Source of the DNA: a virus
Taxonomy: Duplodnaviria > Caudoviricetes
Strand: one strand, 5' to 3'
Virus record (IMG/VR): IMGVR_UViG_3300034631_000070
Location: 1 to 53,186 of that record
DNA: 53,186 nt
The notes beneath the pieces are model-generated. The model ran no database searches and was not told the DNA's origin. It worked only from the letters and a program-made list of their open reading frames with translations. Below are positions 28,731-38,570 of the stretch, piece after piece; within the stretch, counting starts at the first letter, position 1, and each line of letters opens with the position of its first letter. Both the position numbers and the translations under genes were made by a program.

Positions 28731-30731
28731 TTACTCTGCTACGTAGCTTTCAACTTCTTGCTGCAACTCTTCCAACTCAAAACGAAGGTTCGTCAGCTTT
28801 AAATCTAAGTCGCCGTTCTTGGCATGAAGCTCGTTGACTTCCTTGTCTAGGCGATCGCGCTCTTCCCTCAACTCTCGAATTTCCTCAAATGCTACTTCTA
28901 CCCCAATGGCTTCTAAATACTCAGCTAGTTCCTCCGGCGAGGAACATTCAATGAGAGTCGCCAAGGGTGTAACTTTCCCATCCTGACTAACTTGCTTCTG
29001 GTAGTTTGCCAGGGCAGCAAGAGAATTATCATCCTCTCGCCTAATTATCTCGACTAATACCGCCCCAACATGGGGTTCTATGACTTGATAGATACCAGGG
29101 TAAAACTTGCGAATTCGACATCTTTCTTCTGTGTTACTTTCAGCAAACTCTTTAGCCATCTCTAACCAGCCCACCAGGTCGATGTAGGCGTCCATTTCAC
29201 TAGCTGTAGTAACTTGGGTGATGTCTTTCTTGACTGCCGTTGATGGCTTCTGTCCGTCACTGTAGAGCTTGTAAGTGAGGATAGTCGCTCTGTCCTTTTG
29301 CCAATCATGCCAATTTTCGCCGCTGGCGGGGCTAGGGCAAGACCCCTCGCCTGTCCAATCTAGGCGAATTCCTTGCTCTTGCACTTCAGCGACAATAGCG
29401 ATAGACCCATGCTTATCAACGAGATAATCTCCTGATTCAATTGCCTTCGCCCAATATTCTTCCATCCAATAATCTTTGTCTGAGAAGAAATCGATTTTGT
29501 ACTGCCAGTGTGTCAATCCATGTTTTTTGACTGAGCGAACTTCCTTAATCTCAAAACACTGACCATTCAGGGGATACCAGACGATCTGACCTTCTTTGAA
29601 CTTAGGTTGGCTTTCTAGCTCAACTGCTTTAAGAAACACATAGGGGATAAATACCTTTTTCTCTCTGAGGTTTCGCTTTCCATAGAGGAGAACACATGCC
29701 TGGTCGTGGGGAGAGTTTCCTTTAAACTTCTCTACAACTCCCTTTCTGTGTATGTAGTCTAGAAAAGGGCCGCGAACCTGATCTCCGTAAACGACTTCTA
29801 CTTCTGTTCCGGGCCTAAAGCGCTTGGACAGTGTTTTTGCTAGTTCCTCATACCACTGGCACACAGAAGCTTCAGCAAACTTTTGAGGGGTATCGTACAG
29901 GTTTAAAATTTGGCTATTTTTTGTGTTCACATACTCAGAGCGGTAGCCAGTTTCACTGATGACTCCCGTAAAACTAAAATGATGGGCAATTCCTTTAAGA
30001 TCTGGAGTGAATGAAACGCCCACAGTGAGAGGAACCTGACTGTCAACTTGTACCTCAAAGTCTCCGGTTTCCAGCCACGCAGCAGGCATCTCCTGCTCTT
30101 TCTCGTCGGCTTTTGACTTGGAAGATTCTCCAATATTGGTAGTATTCATCTGGACAGTCTTGCCGTTGCGGGTGGCTTTGCGCTTCTGGGGCGCATTCTC
30201 CACCCGTTCTTTAGCAATTTGCAAATCCTCAATCTCAACGCCATTTTTTTGAGCTATTTCTTCCTTCGGTTTGTCCGAAGTTAATTTCATAAGCTCGATC
30301 TTGATGTTGCGAACTAATTTTTCGTCTACATTACAAAGCCGACCAATCTCTACATTTGACCATTGCGACCACTCTTCATCTTTGAGCGCTCGAATTACTG
30401 CTCTACGTTTGTCGGCAGCGGAGCGAGGCAAGCCGTGCCGAGAGTTGGCTTGAAGAGAATGTCGAACTGCATCTCTTTGAGTCCCTTGGTAAATATTGGC
30501 AGCAATGGTTTTTTCTTCTCTCTGTTCTTTACTGGTTAGGCGATGGTAGCCATCACCTAACCAGTAATTCAGACCATCAAAAAACAAATCGATAGGCGGC
30601 AAAGTTATGCCATTTTCCCAGGCTCTTTTGTACTCCTGCAAAGTTTCTTCGTGGAGTTTGGCGCGGGTTTGTGTTCCACCATCTCTCCTGATGAGCCTAG
30701 TGTCGATTTCTTGGTGTTCTACCATCCCCAT
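28731..30731 (-). CDS. ParB-like N-terminal domain multidomain protein
   Basis: LPPIDLFFDG..WLGDGYHRL..ANSRHGL, HTH WSNVEIGRLCNV, SH3/KOW-like repeats, coiled-coil end. Confidence 0.75.
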   Translation of the reverse strand: MGMVEHQEIDTRLIRRDGGTQTRAKLHEETLQEYKRAWENGITLPPIDLFFDGLNYWLGDGYHRLTSKEQREEKTIAANIYQGTQRDAVRHSLQANSRHGLPRSAADKRRAVIRALKDEEWSQWSNVEIGRLCNVDEKLVRNIKIELMKLTSDKPKEEIAQKNGVEIEDLQIAKERVENAPQKRKATRNGKTVQMNTTNIGESSKSKADEKEQEMPAAWLETGDFEVQVDSQVPLTVGVSFTPDLKGIAHHFSFTGVISETGYRSEYVNTKNSQILNLYDTPQKFAEASVCQWYEELAKTLSKRFRPGTEVEVVYGDQVRGPFLDYIHRKGVVEKFKGNSPHDQACVLLYGKRNLREKKVFIPYVFLKAVELESQPKFKEGQIVWYPLNGQCFEIKEVRSVKKHGLTHWQYKIDFFSDKDYWMEEYWAKAIESGDYLVDKHGSIAIVAEVQEQGIRLDWTGEGSCPSPASGENWHDWQKDRATILTYKLYSDGQKPSTAVKKDITQVTTASEMDAYIDLVGWLEMAKEFAESNTEERCRIRKFYPGIYQVIEPHVGAVLVEIIRREDDNSLAALANYQKQVSQDGKVTPLATLIECSSPEELAEYLEAIGVEVAFEEIRELREERDRLDKEVNELHAKNGDLDLKLTNLRFELEELQQEVESYVAE

Positions 30732-30909
30732 TTCTCCTAAATGTTAACTTGCAGCACCAGGCAGGCACTGCATTTTCAAGTCCCTCTAGTTGCACGTGGG
30801 CGTGACTGGATGCCACAACCGAATATCTCTGCCCCTCGTAGAAAACGCGATCGCCTATTTGAAAAGCAGGCGGTGGGGACTGGTACGGCTTCTTCAACGT
30901 TCGAGCCAT
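30697..30909 (-). CDS. Small SH3/KOW-like hypothetical protein
   Basis: FQIGDRV motif; overlaps neighbours in operon fashion. Confidence 0.5.
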   Translation of the reverse strand: MARTLKKPYQSPPPAFQIGDRVFYEGQRYSVVASSHAHVQLEGLENAVPAWCCKLTFRRNGDGRTPRNRH

Positions 30910-31316
30910 TTTTTCAAAGATTCAATCAATACAATTCGCTGTTTTTTATTTGTCCATTCCAGGCGCTCTATACCTGTCATCCGTTTTATCCAGACATTCA
31001 GCGCTGGTTCGCTCCCATCCTCGGTTTTTCCAGCGTTGTGGAGTTCTATCCATAGCGCTCGGATCTTATCTGTTTGATCCTTGCGCGGTTTATGGCTGGA
31101 TGCGGGGCTGAGGCGCGTTTTAAATCCTTTGGCTTTAAATGCGTTGAGAACCGCATTTAAGCCTGAAATATCCAAATCCTTACAAGAAGATGCCCCGACT
31201 ACACCCTGAAGAAATGCTCGATAAGCTTCCTCACTAAGTTTCAATTGCTTTTTAGCAACGTGAATCTTAGCTAAAAGCCGTTTTCTCTCTTCTGCGGGTA
31301 AGGATTCGCTTTCCAT
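30894..31316 (-). CDS. gemA: GemA (Mu gp16) family protein
   Basis: LAKIHVAKKQL..YR..L....G..S...L; KIRALW; LIESLKKW. Confidence 0.9.
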   Translation of the reverse strand: MESESLPAEERKRLLAKIHVAKKQLKLSEEAYRAFLQGVVGASSCKDLDISGLNAVLNAFKAKGFKTRLSPASSHKPRKDQTDKIRALWIELHNAGKTEDGSEPALNVWIKRMTGIERLEWTNKKQRIVLIESLKKWLER

Positions 31317-31340
31317 AGAAGCCCCAATGATCGAAAGAGC

Positions 31341-31931
31341 TTAGTTGTGGTCTGTACTTCCATTTTCTAGGCTTTGGCTGTAAACTTCCGCAACATCTAA
31401 GACTCCCTGCTGGAATAGGAAGGCGGCGATCGCCTGGGTGTAAAGCTCATTAGTATCGAGGTTGTGAGCCTCGGCATACTGTTTAAGGATTTGGTGGAGT
31501 TCTTGGGGGATGTGCGCCACCAAACTGATTTGAACGGGGCGCGAGTAATTAACCCCAGACACCTGTGGAATCTGTGGATTAAGGGCGGCGATCGGTAGGG
31601 ATAGCTGCCCTTCCAAGGCAGGAACATTCCGCTTGAGCCTGCCAATAATTCGCAAAGAAGTTACCGCTCGACAATGAAGCCATTTGCAAACACCATTGAT
31701 TTCTTCGCTGCTACTTGCCCAGTAGTACCCTGTTTCTGGCGTTGAGCAAACTGCGAATCCTTGGTCTCTTAATTCGGAGACTACATGCCGTAGCCTCCGG
31801 ATTTTGGAAGGAGTAGCCAGGGTTTTTGTCATCGCTTCTATTAAATCTGCCCCTCGCATCCCTTTACTGGCACCCTGGCAGTAACTTTGCAGGAATGTAA
31901 TGACTAGCTGCGGGGATATTTCTTCCATCAC
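31341..31931 (-). CDS. Winged-helix protein with C-terminal RHH-like domain
   Basis: RRLR..VSELRDQG..VCS....GYYWA; HIPQELHQILKQYA. Confidence 0.65.
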   Translation of the reverse strand: MMEEISPQLVITFLQSYCQGASKGMRGADLIEAMTKTLATPSKIRRLRHVVSELRDQGFAVCSTPETGYYWASSSEEINGVCKWLHCRAVTSLRIIGRLKRNVPALEGQLSLPIAALNPQIPQVSGVNYSRPVQISLVAHIPQELHQILKQYAEAHNLDTNELYTQAIAAFLFQQGVLDVAEVYSQSLENGSTDHN

Positions 31932-32212
31932 AGCCCCCCAATCTTCCTGAGGAGGGAAATAATCTTGCTGGAGTCCAGGAATAATATCTCGTAGGTCGGA
32001 GTAATGCCGCCATTGTATTGCGGCTTATTCATCCAACCGTAGTCAAATATTTGGGCTTGCAATTCCTGCCCAATGGCATTGTCATCCAAAATGAAGGTTC
32101 CATCTAGGAGTGCCGCTCGATAGCGTCGGGGCATTCCGTCAAAAATAATTGAGCTTTGTTGTTTTGGGCGTGCCCACTCAGGCACTTGATTTAGTTCATT
32201 TAGTTCTGGCAT
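31928..32212 (-). CDS. Hypothetical protein
   Basis: ATGA coupling in early operon. Confidence 0.5.
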   Translation of the reverse strand: MPELNELNQVPEWARPKQQSSIIFDGMPRRYRAALLDGTFILDDNAIGQELQAQIFDYGWMNKPQYNGGITPTYEILFLDSSKIISLLRKIGGL

Positions 32213-32220
32213 AGAGCCTC

Positions 32221-32430
32221 CTAGTAGTTAGAAATCTTTCTGATTTGCCCAAAGGAAAAAATGTGAAGCCGTTTTTTCCAGGTGTTCTCTGTGGCGTCGA
32301 AAAAATCTTGGCCCCAGAAAAATAGACAGACAGTATTATTTGATGCACTGATCTCGTGAACCGAACCAATGCGCCCGTTCCACTCGCTATTCGGTTTGGT
32401 AACAATCACACGGTCATAGAGTTGAAGCAT
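32221..32430 (-). CDS. Small SH3/KOW-like hypothetical protein
   Basis: DRVIV...GRIG.V pattern. Confidence 0.5.
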   Translation of the reverse strand: MLQLYDRVIVTKPNSEWNGRIGSVHEISASNNTVCLFFWGQDFFDATENTWKKRLHIFSFGQIRKISNY

Positions 32431-32434
32431 CTTT

Positions 32435-32460
32435 AAAAAAGAGGGGAGGACAGCCTCCCC
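32435..32460 (-). terminator. Probable intrinsic terminator inside early operon
   Basis: GGGGAGG-ACAG-CCTCCCC with U-run on minus strand. Confidence 0.5.
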
Positions 32461-32545
32461 CGTTAATTGGGAGATTACACTGCGTATGGTTGCCCATCCG
32501 CTACACCCCAGGTGGGGCGTTTCGACTACTGGGCCAGCAGTCTCA

Positions 32546-32746
32546 TCAGGCGGTGATATTTTTCTGCTTCATTAACTGGTCGTACTTGCCTTGAAGTTCC
32601 AGGTAACTTACATAGATGGCTATAGCTGCATCCCCTGCTTTGTCAGGATTAGCAGCGATGAACTTCTGATACTCTTCAAATTGCTGCTGGGAGTCGTAAG
32701 ATAGTTTTGCCAAATCGGAAGGCATGAATTGACTGAGTTTAAGCAC
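32546..32746 (-). CDS. Hypothetical protein
   Basis: Co-oriented, overlaps upstream gene. Confidence 0.45.
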   Translation of the reverse strand: MLKLSQFMPSDLAKLSYDSQQQFEEYQKFIAANPDKAGDAAIAIYVSYLELQGKYDQLMKQKNITA

Positions 32747-33335
32747 TGGCTATCTCCTTTTTGTTTTTGCGAACTGAACAGATTGTTGTATTAATGTTTG
32801 GGTCGTAAATCTGACCCTTTTGCAATTGCAATACTGGGGCTAGAGGCCCAGTATTTCTAACAAGGCGATATTCCGAGCCTTTCCGTCCGCCTCCGTTGCT
32901 AGTCAGGAAGCCAGCCCGAATCAAGGCAGCACAGTATTCGTAGGCAAAATCTTCATCAATTTCGGCGCACGTTTGTAGATCAGCTTGAGAAAAGACTTTC
33001 AAAACTCGCATCGCCTGCCAGCAACGAGTTTGCTTATCCGGGCTTTTCTGTTTGTTGGGATCTACTACCTCGCCACTGGCTACAATTGGTGCTTGTGCGC
33101 CAGTATTGTAGATGAGCTGATATCGGGTTATTTGTCTGCCTGCCCTATTGGGGTTTAATTTCTTCAAGTAGCTGGCTTTCTCCAGCTCTTGAACATACTG
33201 CTGAAGAAAACCACGAGAGGCACAATCAGCTAAATCTCGCAAAGTAAATTCGCCTAACTTCTGCATTCTTTGCCAAGTAAGTGTTCTGGGGATGGGATTA
33301 CCGGGTTTCATCTTGCCCTCCCATCCGGTTGCCAT
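32739..33335 (-). CDS. Tandem winged-helix DNA-binding protein of transposable phages
   Basis: Two repeats W..M..L..F...DL...Y...L...Y.L..NTG..AP..DPN. Confidence 0.75.
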   Translation of the reverse strand: MATGWEGKMKPGNPIPRTLTWQRMQKLGEFTLRDLADCASRGFLQQYVQELEKASYLKKLNPNRAGRQITRYQLIYNTGAQAPIVASGEVVDPNKQKSPDKQTRCWQAMRVLKVFSQADLQTCAEIDEDFAYEYCAALIRAGFLTSNGGGRKGSEYRLVRNTGPLAPVLQLQKGQIYDPNINTTICSVRKNKKEIASA

Positions 33336-33558
33336 ACCGAAGATTTGATAGGCAACTCATCAGGCTGTATCCAGAAATCATTGATTGGGATGCTTCTTGG
33401 ATGATTTCAGCAGCGATGAGTTCGATTTCTTGATCCGTTAGAGCTGCCTTAGAGGCACTGAAAACCTCTGATTCGTATCCCCGAATCTCCTCCAAAAGAT
33501 CGTGGAGGACAGAACAAAAAGCTGCTGTGTAAATCCGCCCTACTACTTGTCCTCGCAT
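33298..33558 (-). CDS. Hypothetical protein
   Basis: Overlapping early-operon ORF. Confidence 0.45.
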   Translation of the reverse strand: MRGQVVGRIYTAAFCSVLHDLLEEIRGYESEVFSASKAALTDQEIELIAAEIIQEASQSMISGYSLMSCLSNLRYGNRMGGQDETR

Positions 33559-33812
33559 CGCTCCACCTCTCGTCGATTGATAAATTCTGCAAGCTTCTCG
33601 ATATCTGATGTCCCATCTATCTGCTGGAGCTGCTGATGACCATTCAAAAGCGACTGATGAATATCTTTGATAATTGGTGAGACTGAATGATTTGCTAGAT
33701 AACGTTTGCCGACTGGACTATTCAAAGAGAACCAGCGATTGCAATCGCAACATCCCACCTGATTGCCGTGTCTAACTAAGCTGAAATGTCCGCAGAAGAA
33801 GTCGTTGATCAT
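33543..33812 (-). CDS. Hypothetical Cys-containing protein
   Basis: TAATG coupling with MuB; C.H..CCDC. Confidence 0.5.
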   Translation of the reverse strand: MINDFFCGHFSLVRHGNQVGCCDCNRWFSLNSPVGKRYLANHSVSPIIKDIHQSLLNGHQQLQQIDGTSDIEKLAEFINRREVERCEDK

Positions 33813-34519
33813 TACCGCTTACCTCCTTGGCGTTCTAAGTAGGCGTCCCACTGAACTTTGTTACAGGCTTCCCAGCGCTGGCTCTTGACAAAAGCCTCTA
33901 CTTTGGCAAGCTCAACAATGATGCGGCGGACTGACCCTTTACATCTGCTGTGAATTTCAGCAATTAAATCTTCCTCAATGCCTACTTCACAGCAGGTTTG
34001 CGCCAACGACTTGGCATCACTGATGTCGCAGGGTAGGAACTTCAGTTTCTTTGCTAGTCGGCTGGAGAGTTGTTCTCGCTTTGCAAGTTTTTGATCGAGG
34101 TTCTGCATTCCGATCAAAATGACTGGGATGCCTGCTTTGTCGTGGACACTGCGAAGGGTTTCCAGTAAGCGGACATTGTCCACAATCCGGTCTACCTCGT
34201 CGATGAAGAGAGGGGCTTCAGCCGCTCTCAAGCGATCAATAACAAGGTCTTCAGTTGCTTTGGCTGAGCGCATTGGTACTGCGCCCAACTCGTGAGCAAG
34301 GTCGCCCAACATTGAGTAGGGCGTCCAATTCGATGAAGCCTCTAGATAAATGCCGCTGACCTGGACGGCAAGCCAAGCGATCGCCGTCGTTTTTCCGAGT
34401 CCACTTTGACCGTAAATAATACCCATTCTTTCTTTGACACGAGAGGGAAGATTGATCAATTCCTTGTGGGTTTCTGAGAGGAGTCGGATGTTTCTTGTCT
34501 TGGCTAGTTCATTTCGCAT
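33812..34519 (-). CDS. MuB-like AAA+ transposition ATPase
   Basis: Walker A GQSGLGKT, Walker B LFIDEVD, LRSVHD, ILIGM; adjacent to transposase. Confidence 0.93.
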   Translation of the reverse strand: MRNELAKTRNIRLLSETHKELINLPSRVKERMGIIYGQSGLGKTTAIAWLAVQVSGIYLEASSNWTPYSMLGDLAHELGAVPMRSAKATEDLVIDRLRAAEAPLFIDEVDRIVDNVRLLETLRSVHDKAGIPVILIGMQNLDQKLAKREQLSSRLAKKLKFLPCDISDAKSLAQTCCEVGIEEDLIAEIHSRCKGSVRRIIVELAKVEAFVKSQRWEACNKVQWDAYLERQGGKR

Positions 34520-34549
34520 TTATAATGTCCTCAAAACGTGTGGTTTTTG

Positions 34550-34584
34550 CCCTCTGGTGTTGGTTGACTCCCGGTGCCAGAGGG
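34550..34584. terminator. Stem-loop between transposase and MuB
   Basis: CCCTCTGG/CCAGAGGG arms; T-run follows on plus strand. Confidence 0.5.
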
Positions 34585-34589
34585 ATTTT

Positions 34590-36821
34590 TCATACTGCTA
34601 GCTGTTTGTCACCGTCAATGGCGACAACGGCTTCCTGCAAGCGTTCCAAGATCTGCTGAAGCCTGAGGGGCTTCAAATAGAGTTGGATGCCTTCGCCAGC
34701 GGCAGTTTCTGTCAGCCAGTACTTCATCCAAGTCACTTCAGACGCTGGAATAATTTGCCCCGCTTCGATTTCCGACCAAAGCGCGTACCAGTACTCGGAA
34801 TCCCGAATCTGAAACTTGGGCGTGGCTGTTTTTTCGATGGCTTCTAAAGCTGCGAGTTCGCGCTCTAGCTCTTCCTCAGAGGGAGGTTGAGGTAAAGTCG
34901 GTTCTCGCAAAGCTTCAACTGCCTCTTGGGCTGCTCGCAAGCCCTTGCTGCTGTGTTCTTCAGATGGCGCGGGGAACGCTGCCAACTGATTTGCAGCTTC
35001 TTCTCGGTGGGATAAAATCTGTTCGACGATTTCGCCAGTGTTTGCCCTTTTGGCGATCGCCTTGAGGGCTTTGCGCCCTGCTGAAATCCGCTGCTTCTGT
35101 AGAGTTCTAGCAGCGATGGCAACCTCTTTCCGACTGATGCCTGTTCTTTCTGGGCATTCAGCAACGCAGATGAAGCGAAGATCGGAGCCGCCAAATATAT
35201 AGAGGCGTCCCAAGTCGTGAGGATCAAAGCGCACCTGGACGGATTGCCCGATGAACGCCTCCAGTTCTGGAGAAATGAACCAAGCTCCCTCTAGCTGAAT
35301 GCCGCGTTTTTGGACTCTTCTCATACCGTTGCCGCCAGGGGCTTCGGCAAGCAGGATATCCAAAGCTCTTTCATCCACTATCGTTCGGATGGATGCGCGG
35401 CTGTTGGTCAGAACTTGGAAGGGCGTTTGCTCTTGCAGACCTTCATGAGAGCGGTGCTGGTAATCGTCATCGCACCAGCGATCGCAGAACTGCTGAAATT
35501 CAATGTTGCTGATTCGCAGCTCAAGCGTCTTGTCTTTCTGGAATAGGCGATCAGCAAAGGAATGCCGCGCTTCCAGTTCCCGACGTTCAGTAACGTTGTG
35601 TCCGACGTAGCCAGGTAAGAGCTTGAGAATGTCGTGAGAGAAAGTTTTGAAAAACCTTTCGATATGGGGTTTCTGCCAGGGATGGAAGGGTTGGCAGAGT
35701 TTTTGCTTGATGTCCAGACCAGCCAAAACCCTTAGTAGATGGCGACTGGTGTAGTCTTTACCGTTGTCGGTCTTTACAACTTCTGGGACTCCCCACTCGA
35801 GTAACGCACGGCGGAGAAGAGCGGCGATCGCGCTTGCCTTACTCGTCCTGCTTACCAGCAACATTGCTCGGCGCGTGTAGACATCGATCAAACCGACGAT
35901 GTTATATCGCCCATCTTCCAGAAGGATATCGGCAGGGGTGCTATCCAGCTCCCAGAGCTGATTTGGATACTTGATATTCTCCGAGTAGCGTCCAAAAGCT
36001 ACCATCCGCTTTGACTTCCAGGCGTCTGGATTGCTAGTTGCCAGAAGGAGATTCTCGTTCTCCTCCCTCCAGCTCGCTACCCACCGCTGGATAGTGCGAA
36101 GTGAAGGAAGAATCTCGCGCTCAAATCTGCCTTCTAGCGCCAAGAAGACATCCTGTGTCGAGGCATGGGGGAAGTCGATGAGCATCGCAGTAATTACGTC
36201 GCGCACCGCAAAGCGCTCATCAACCTTTGATCTTCCTTTGCGGTGCCCGTGCTTTCCCGCCAGTCGATTGACCCCTTCTTTTTCTAGCTGTTGGCGCTTC
36301 CGCTCCAACGTCATTCTTGAGAGATTCTTGGGAAGAATCTCGCGAACATCTGAAGGAATATCAAGTTTTCCAGCCTTGTAGCGGCGACAGAACTCGAACT
36401 GGCATTCAATTTTCTTCAACCCCTCGTTGTTACAAAAGTTTTCCCACTCCCGTAGCACGTAAACCCAAGCATCAATTCGCTTTTGGGCTTTTTCGCCTGC
36501 GGGAATCTGTGTATCAGAGTCCTCAATAAAGGTTTCGGTTTGAATTGGTTGGGGAGCTACAACTACTGGAGGATTTTCATAATGTTCGGAGCTTGCCGAG
36601 CAATGTTCGGACTCAATCGAGAAATGTTCGGAGTTTAAAGCCGCTTGTGTTTCTGTGGGCAAGCAGTCCAGGGAATATTCCCATCCTCCGCCCCGCCCTT
36701 GGCGCTTACGTCGGCTGTTAGCACACTCTCTTTCGAGTTTTTTTGTGACCCCTCGCCTGGTGTTTGGCATCCCAGGCAGTCCAACCAAATCTAAAGGAGC
36801 GATCCACTGTTGCACCATCAC
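34590..36821 (-). CDS. MuA-like DDE transposase
   Basis: N-terminal Mu HTH (GLPGMP..GGGWEY..LP), WELDST, KTDNGKDY, KPHIERFF, C-terminal VRFDP.DLG. Confidence 0.96.
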   Translation of the reverse strand: MMVQQWIAPLDLVGLPGMPNTRRGVTKKLERECANSRRKRQGRGGGWEYSLDCLPTETQAALNSEHFSIESEHCSASSEHYENPPVVVAPQPIQTETFIEDSDTQIPAGEKAQKRIDAWVYVLREWENFCNNEGLKKIECQFEFCRRYKAGKLDIPSDVREILPKNLSRMTLERKRQQLEKEGVNRLAGKHGHRKGRSKVDERFAVRDVITAMLIDFPHASTQDVFLALEGRFEREILPSLRTIQRWVASWREENENLLLATSNPDAWKSKRMVAFGRYSENIKYPNQLWELDSTPADILLEDGRYNIVGLIDVYTRRAMLLVSRTSKASAIAALLRRALLEWGVPEVVKTDNGKDYTSRHLLRVLAGLDIKQKLCQPFHPWQKPHIERFFKTFSHDILKLLPGYVGHNVTERRELEARHSFADRLFQKDKTLELRISNIEFQQFCDRWCDDDYQHRSHEGLQEQTPFQVLTNSRASIRTIVDERALDILLAEAPGGNGMRRVQKRGIQLEGAWFISPELEAFIGQSVQVRFDPHDLGRLYIFGGSDLRFICVAECPERTGISRKEVAIAARTLQKQRISAGRKALKAIAKRANTGEIVEQILSHREEAANQLAAFPAPSEEHSSKGLRAAQEAVEALREPTLPQPPSEEELERELAALEAIEKTATPKFQIRDSEYWYALWSEIEAGQIIPASEVTWMKYWLTETAAGEGIQLYLKPLRLQQILERLQEAVVAIDGDKQLAV

Positions 36822-37009
36822 GCCACCTCACATGGTGACTTAAACTCACCCGCTTCTATCCCTTGGCGTGCAGCTTCCTTTTCTATGATTTGAGCAAGCC
36901 AATCTTGCTCAGAAACCCCTTGACGGGCGGCTCCTAGGCGAACAAGGTACCACAGCTTTTTATCTATTCTTGGTCGTACTTGTTGGCTTTTTTCGCTGTT
37001 TGCGTTCAC
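36818..37009 (-). CDS. Ribbon-helix-helix early regulator in the Ner/Cro position
   Basis: VRPRIDKKLW..V...AARQGVS...W...II; divergent from repressor. Confidence 0.7.
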   Translation of the reverse strand: MNANSEKSQQVRPRIDKKLWYLVRLGAARQGVSEQDWLAQIIEKEAARQGIEAGEFKSPCEVA

Positions 37010-37027
37010 GGTTCCACCTAATTGTTC

Positions 37028-37067
37028 GTGCTGTTAGCGGTGTTAGTGGTGTTAGCACTATCATAAT
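37028..37067. promoter_or_regulatory. Putative operator/promoter of the lysis-lysogeny switch
   Basis: TGTTAG at 37032, 37041, 37050 (9-bp period), then CATAAT; between divergent regulators. Confidence 0.6.
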
Positions 37068-37131
37068 GGTGCCAGTGGAACCAGTCAAGTTATACTGAAG
37101 CCAAGCAAGAAGAAATGCAGTAGGCAAGCCA

Positions 37132-37824
37132 GTGACAGCGATCGTCTTCAATTTTGAAAAATTGACCAGACCCCGACCAAACTACACAGCCGCAGGAATT
37201 GAGCGGTTGCAGGCGGTCATCCGCGCAACCCTGGCGATCAATTCCTGGTCAACTAGGCAACTGGCAAAAAGAGCGGGTATTTCCCATGTCACCGTTGCTA
37301 AGTATGCGAATGGCTCGTTGAGAGAGCCGCAAGAAGACATTCTCAAGGCTCTGGCTCCTTACATCTACAGAGCTACGTTCAGCCAGAACAACATTGAAAT
37401 AGCCTCAAAAACTTATCAGGATGATTGGGAGGCTCTTTGCACAATCGCAACAGATGAATTTTGTAGCGGTTCGCAAGGGTTTCCAGATCAGGAGGGTGCT
37501 ATGTCCGATATTGCCAGGATGATTCGGGAGTGTGTCAATTTCAGAAATCTCTCCCAGCAAGAAGTAGAGGCTCAACTGCATGAAATGCAAAAAGCCAAAA
37601 CAGCTAAGATGTCCGTTGAACGCCTTCGTCAGATTCAATCCGGCGAACATAGCGCTCTGTCTGACGATGAAGTCAGGATCATCCGAGTTTTAGTCGATCC
37701 CTTTGAAGATTCAGGCATCTACCGCGAAAGCGAATGGCTAGAAGCGGCAGGCTTGAGAGAAAAAAATCCCCCTGCTCAGCGAGAGCAGAGGGCAGACAAC
37801 GGAATGTCTAATGGGGTTAAGTGA
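37132..37824 (+). CDS. XRE-family repressor with two HTH-like domains
   Basis: WSTRQLAKRAGISHVTVAKYANG; second LSQQEV..MSVERLRQIQSG. Confidence 0.8.
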   Translation: MTAIVFNFEKLTRPRPNYTAAGIERLQAVIRATLAINSWSTRQLAKRAGISHVTVAKYANGSLREPQEDILKALAPYIYRATFSQNNIEIASKTYQDDWEALCTIATDEFCSGSQGFPDQEGAMSDIARMIRECVNFRNLSQQEVEAQLHEMQKAKTAKMSVERLRQIQSGEHSALSDDEVRIIRVLVDPFEDSGIYRESEWLEAAGLREKNPPAQREQRADNGMSNGVK

Positions 37825-38568
37825 TAGGTTGCCGCTCTTTGCAGTAGCAAATGTAGACTAACAGGTTGAGATCCTCAACTTGAGTGATTTCTATATCGGC
37901 GTTGTAGAGCCTCTCTTCAGCCCTACATAGTAAATCCCGCGTAGGATCGACGGTATAGGAGCGGTATTCGTAATCACGAAGGATTGTTCGTTGTCCTTCC
38001 GGCGCTGTAGAAATCTCTTTCATCAAGGCTTCATGCCGCTTCTCAAATTCGGGACGATCGAAAAGCAGTGTCACGTCGTCACCGTGCCATCGGGGCGCGA
38101 TTCGTCCCGAAAAATCCGTAACTTGGGAACTGGTCAGGATGCAGCGCTGAGGCTGTCCCCAGTGCCAATTGTGCGGAATCTCGACAAAATAAGCTGGATA
38201 GTCCGAGTTCAGGGCTATGCGTAATAAGTCAGCATACTTGCAACTGTTTGCTGTTGTTGTTGGTAAGATCATATTGGGTTGCACCCCCTCATAGATTGAA
38301 GGAGAGGAAACCGAGCCAAAAAGGAATCCTCTCCTTTTAAATATTAATCTTCCAGTCAAGCCCAATAAAGTAGCGCTATCTAAGATGAAGTGGCGTTGTT
38401 CCCAAAGTTTGTCTAGGTTGCTAGTTTGAGAGCAATCTACGATGAGCGCCACTTCTCCATCTTCTTGTTGCTCTCTCCAGATATCACAAAACTCCAGAAG
38501 CTCCTGACATTCGCTCAGAGAAATCAAGTTTTTAATCGCTTGCAAAGTTAGGGCTGATTGGCTCATCA
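37817..38568 (-). CDS. Hypothetical protein with C-terminal PAS-like domain
   Basis: Likely start MMSQSA just after the repeat array; PAYFVE..CILTS..V..FSG......G.DVT.LF pattern. Confidence 0.55.
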
Positions 38569-38570
38569 TT

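Noticed and set aside
36960-37151. 63-aa minus-strand ORF across the switch region
   Set aside because: Overlaps the operator repeats and the repressor start; LTP repeats just reflect the DNA repeat
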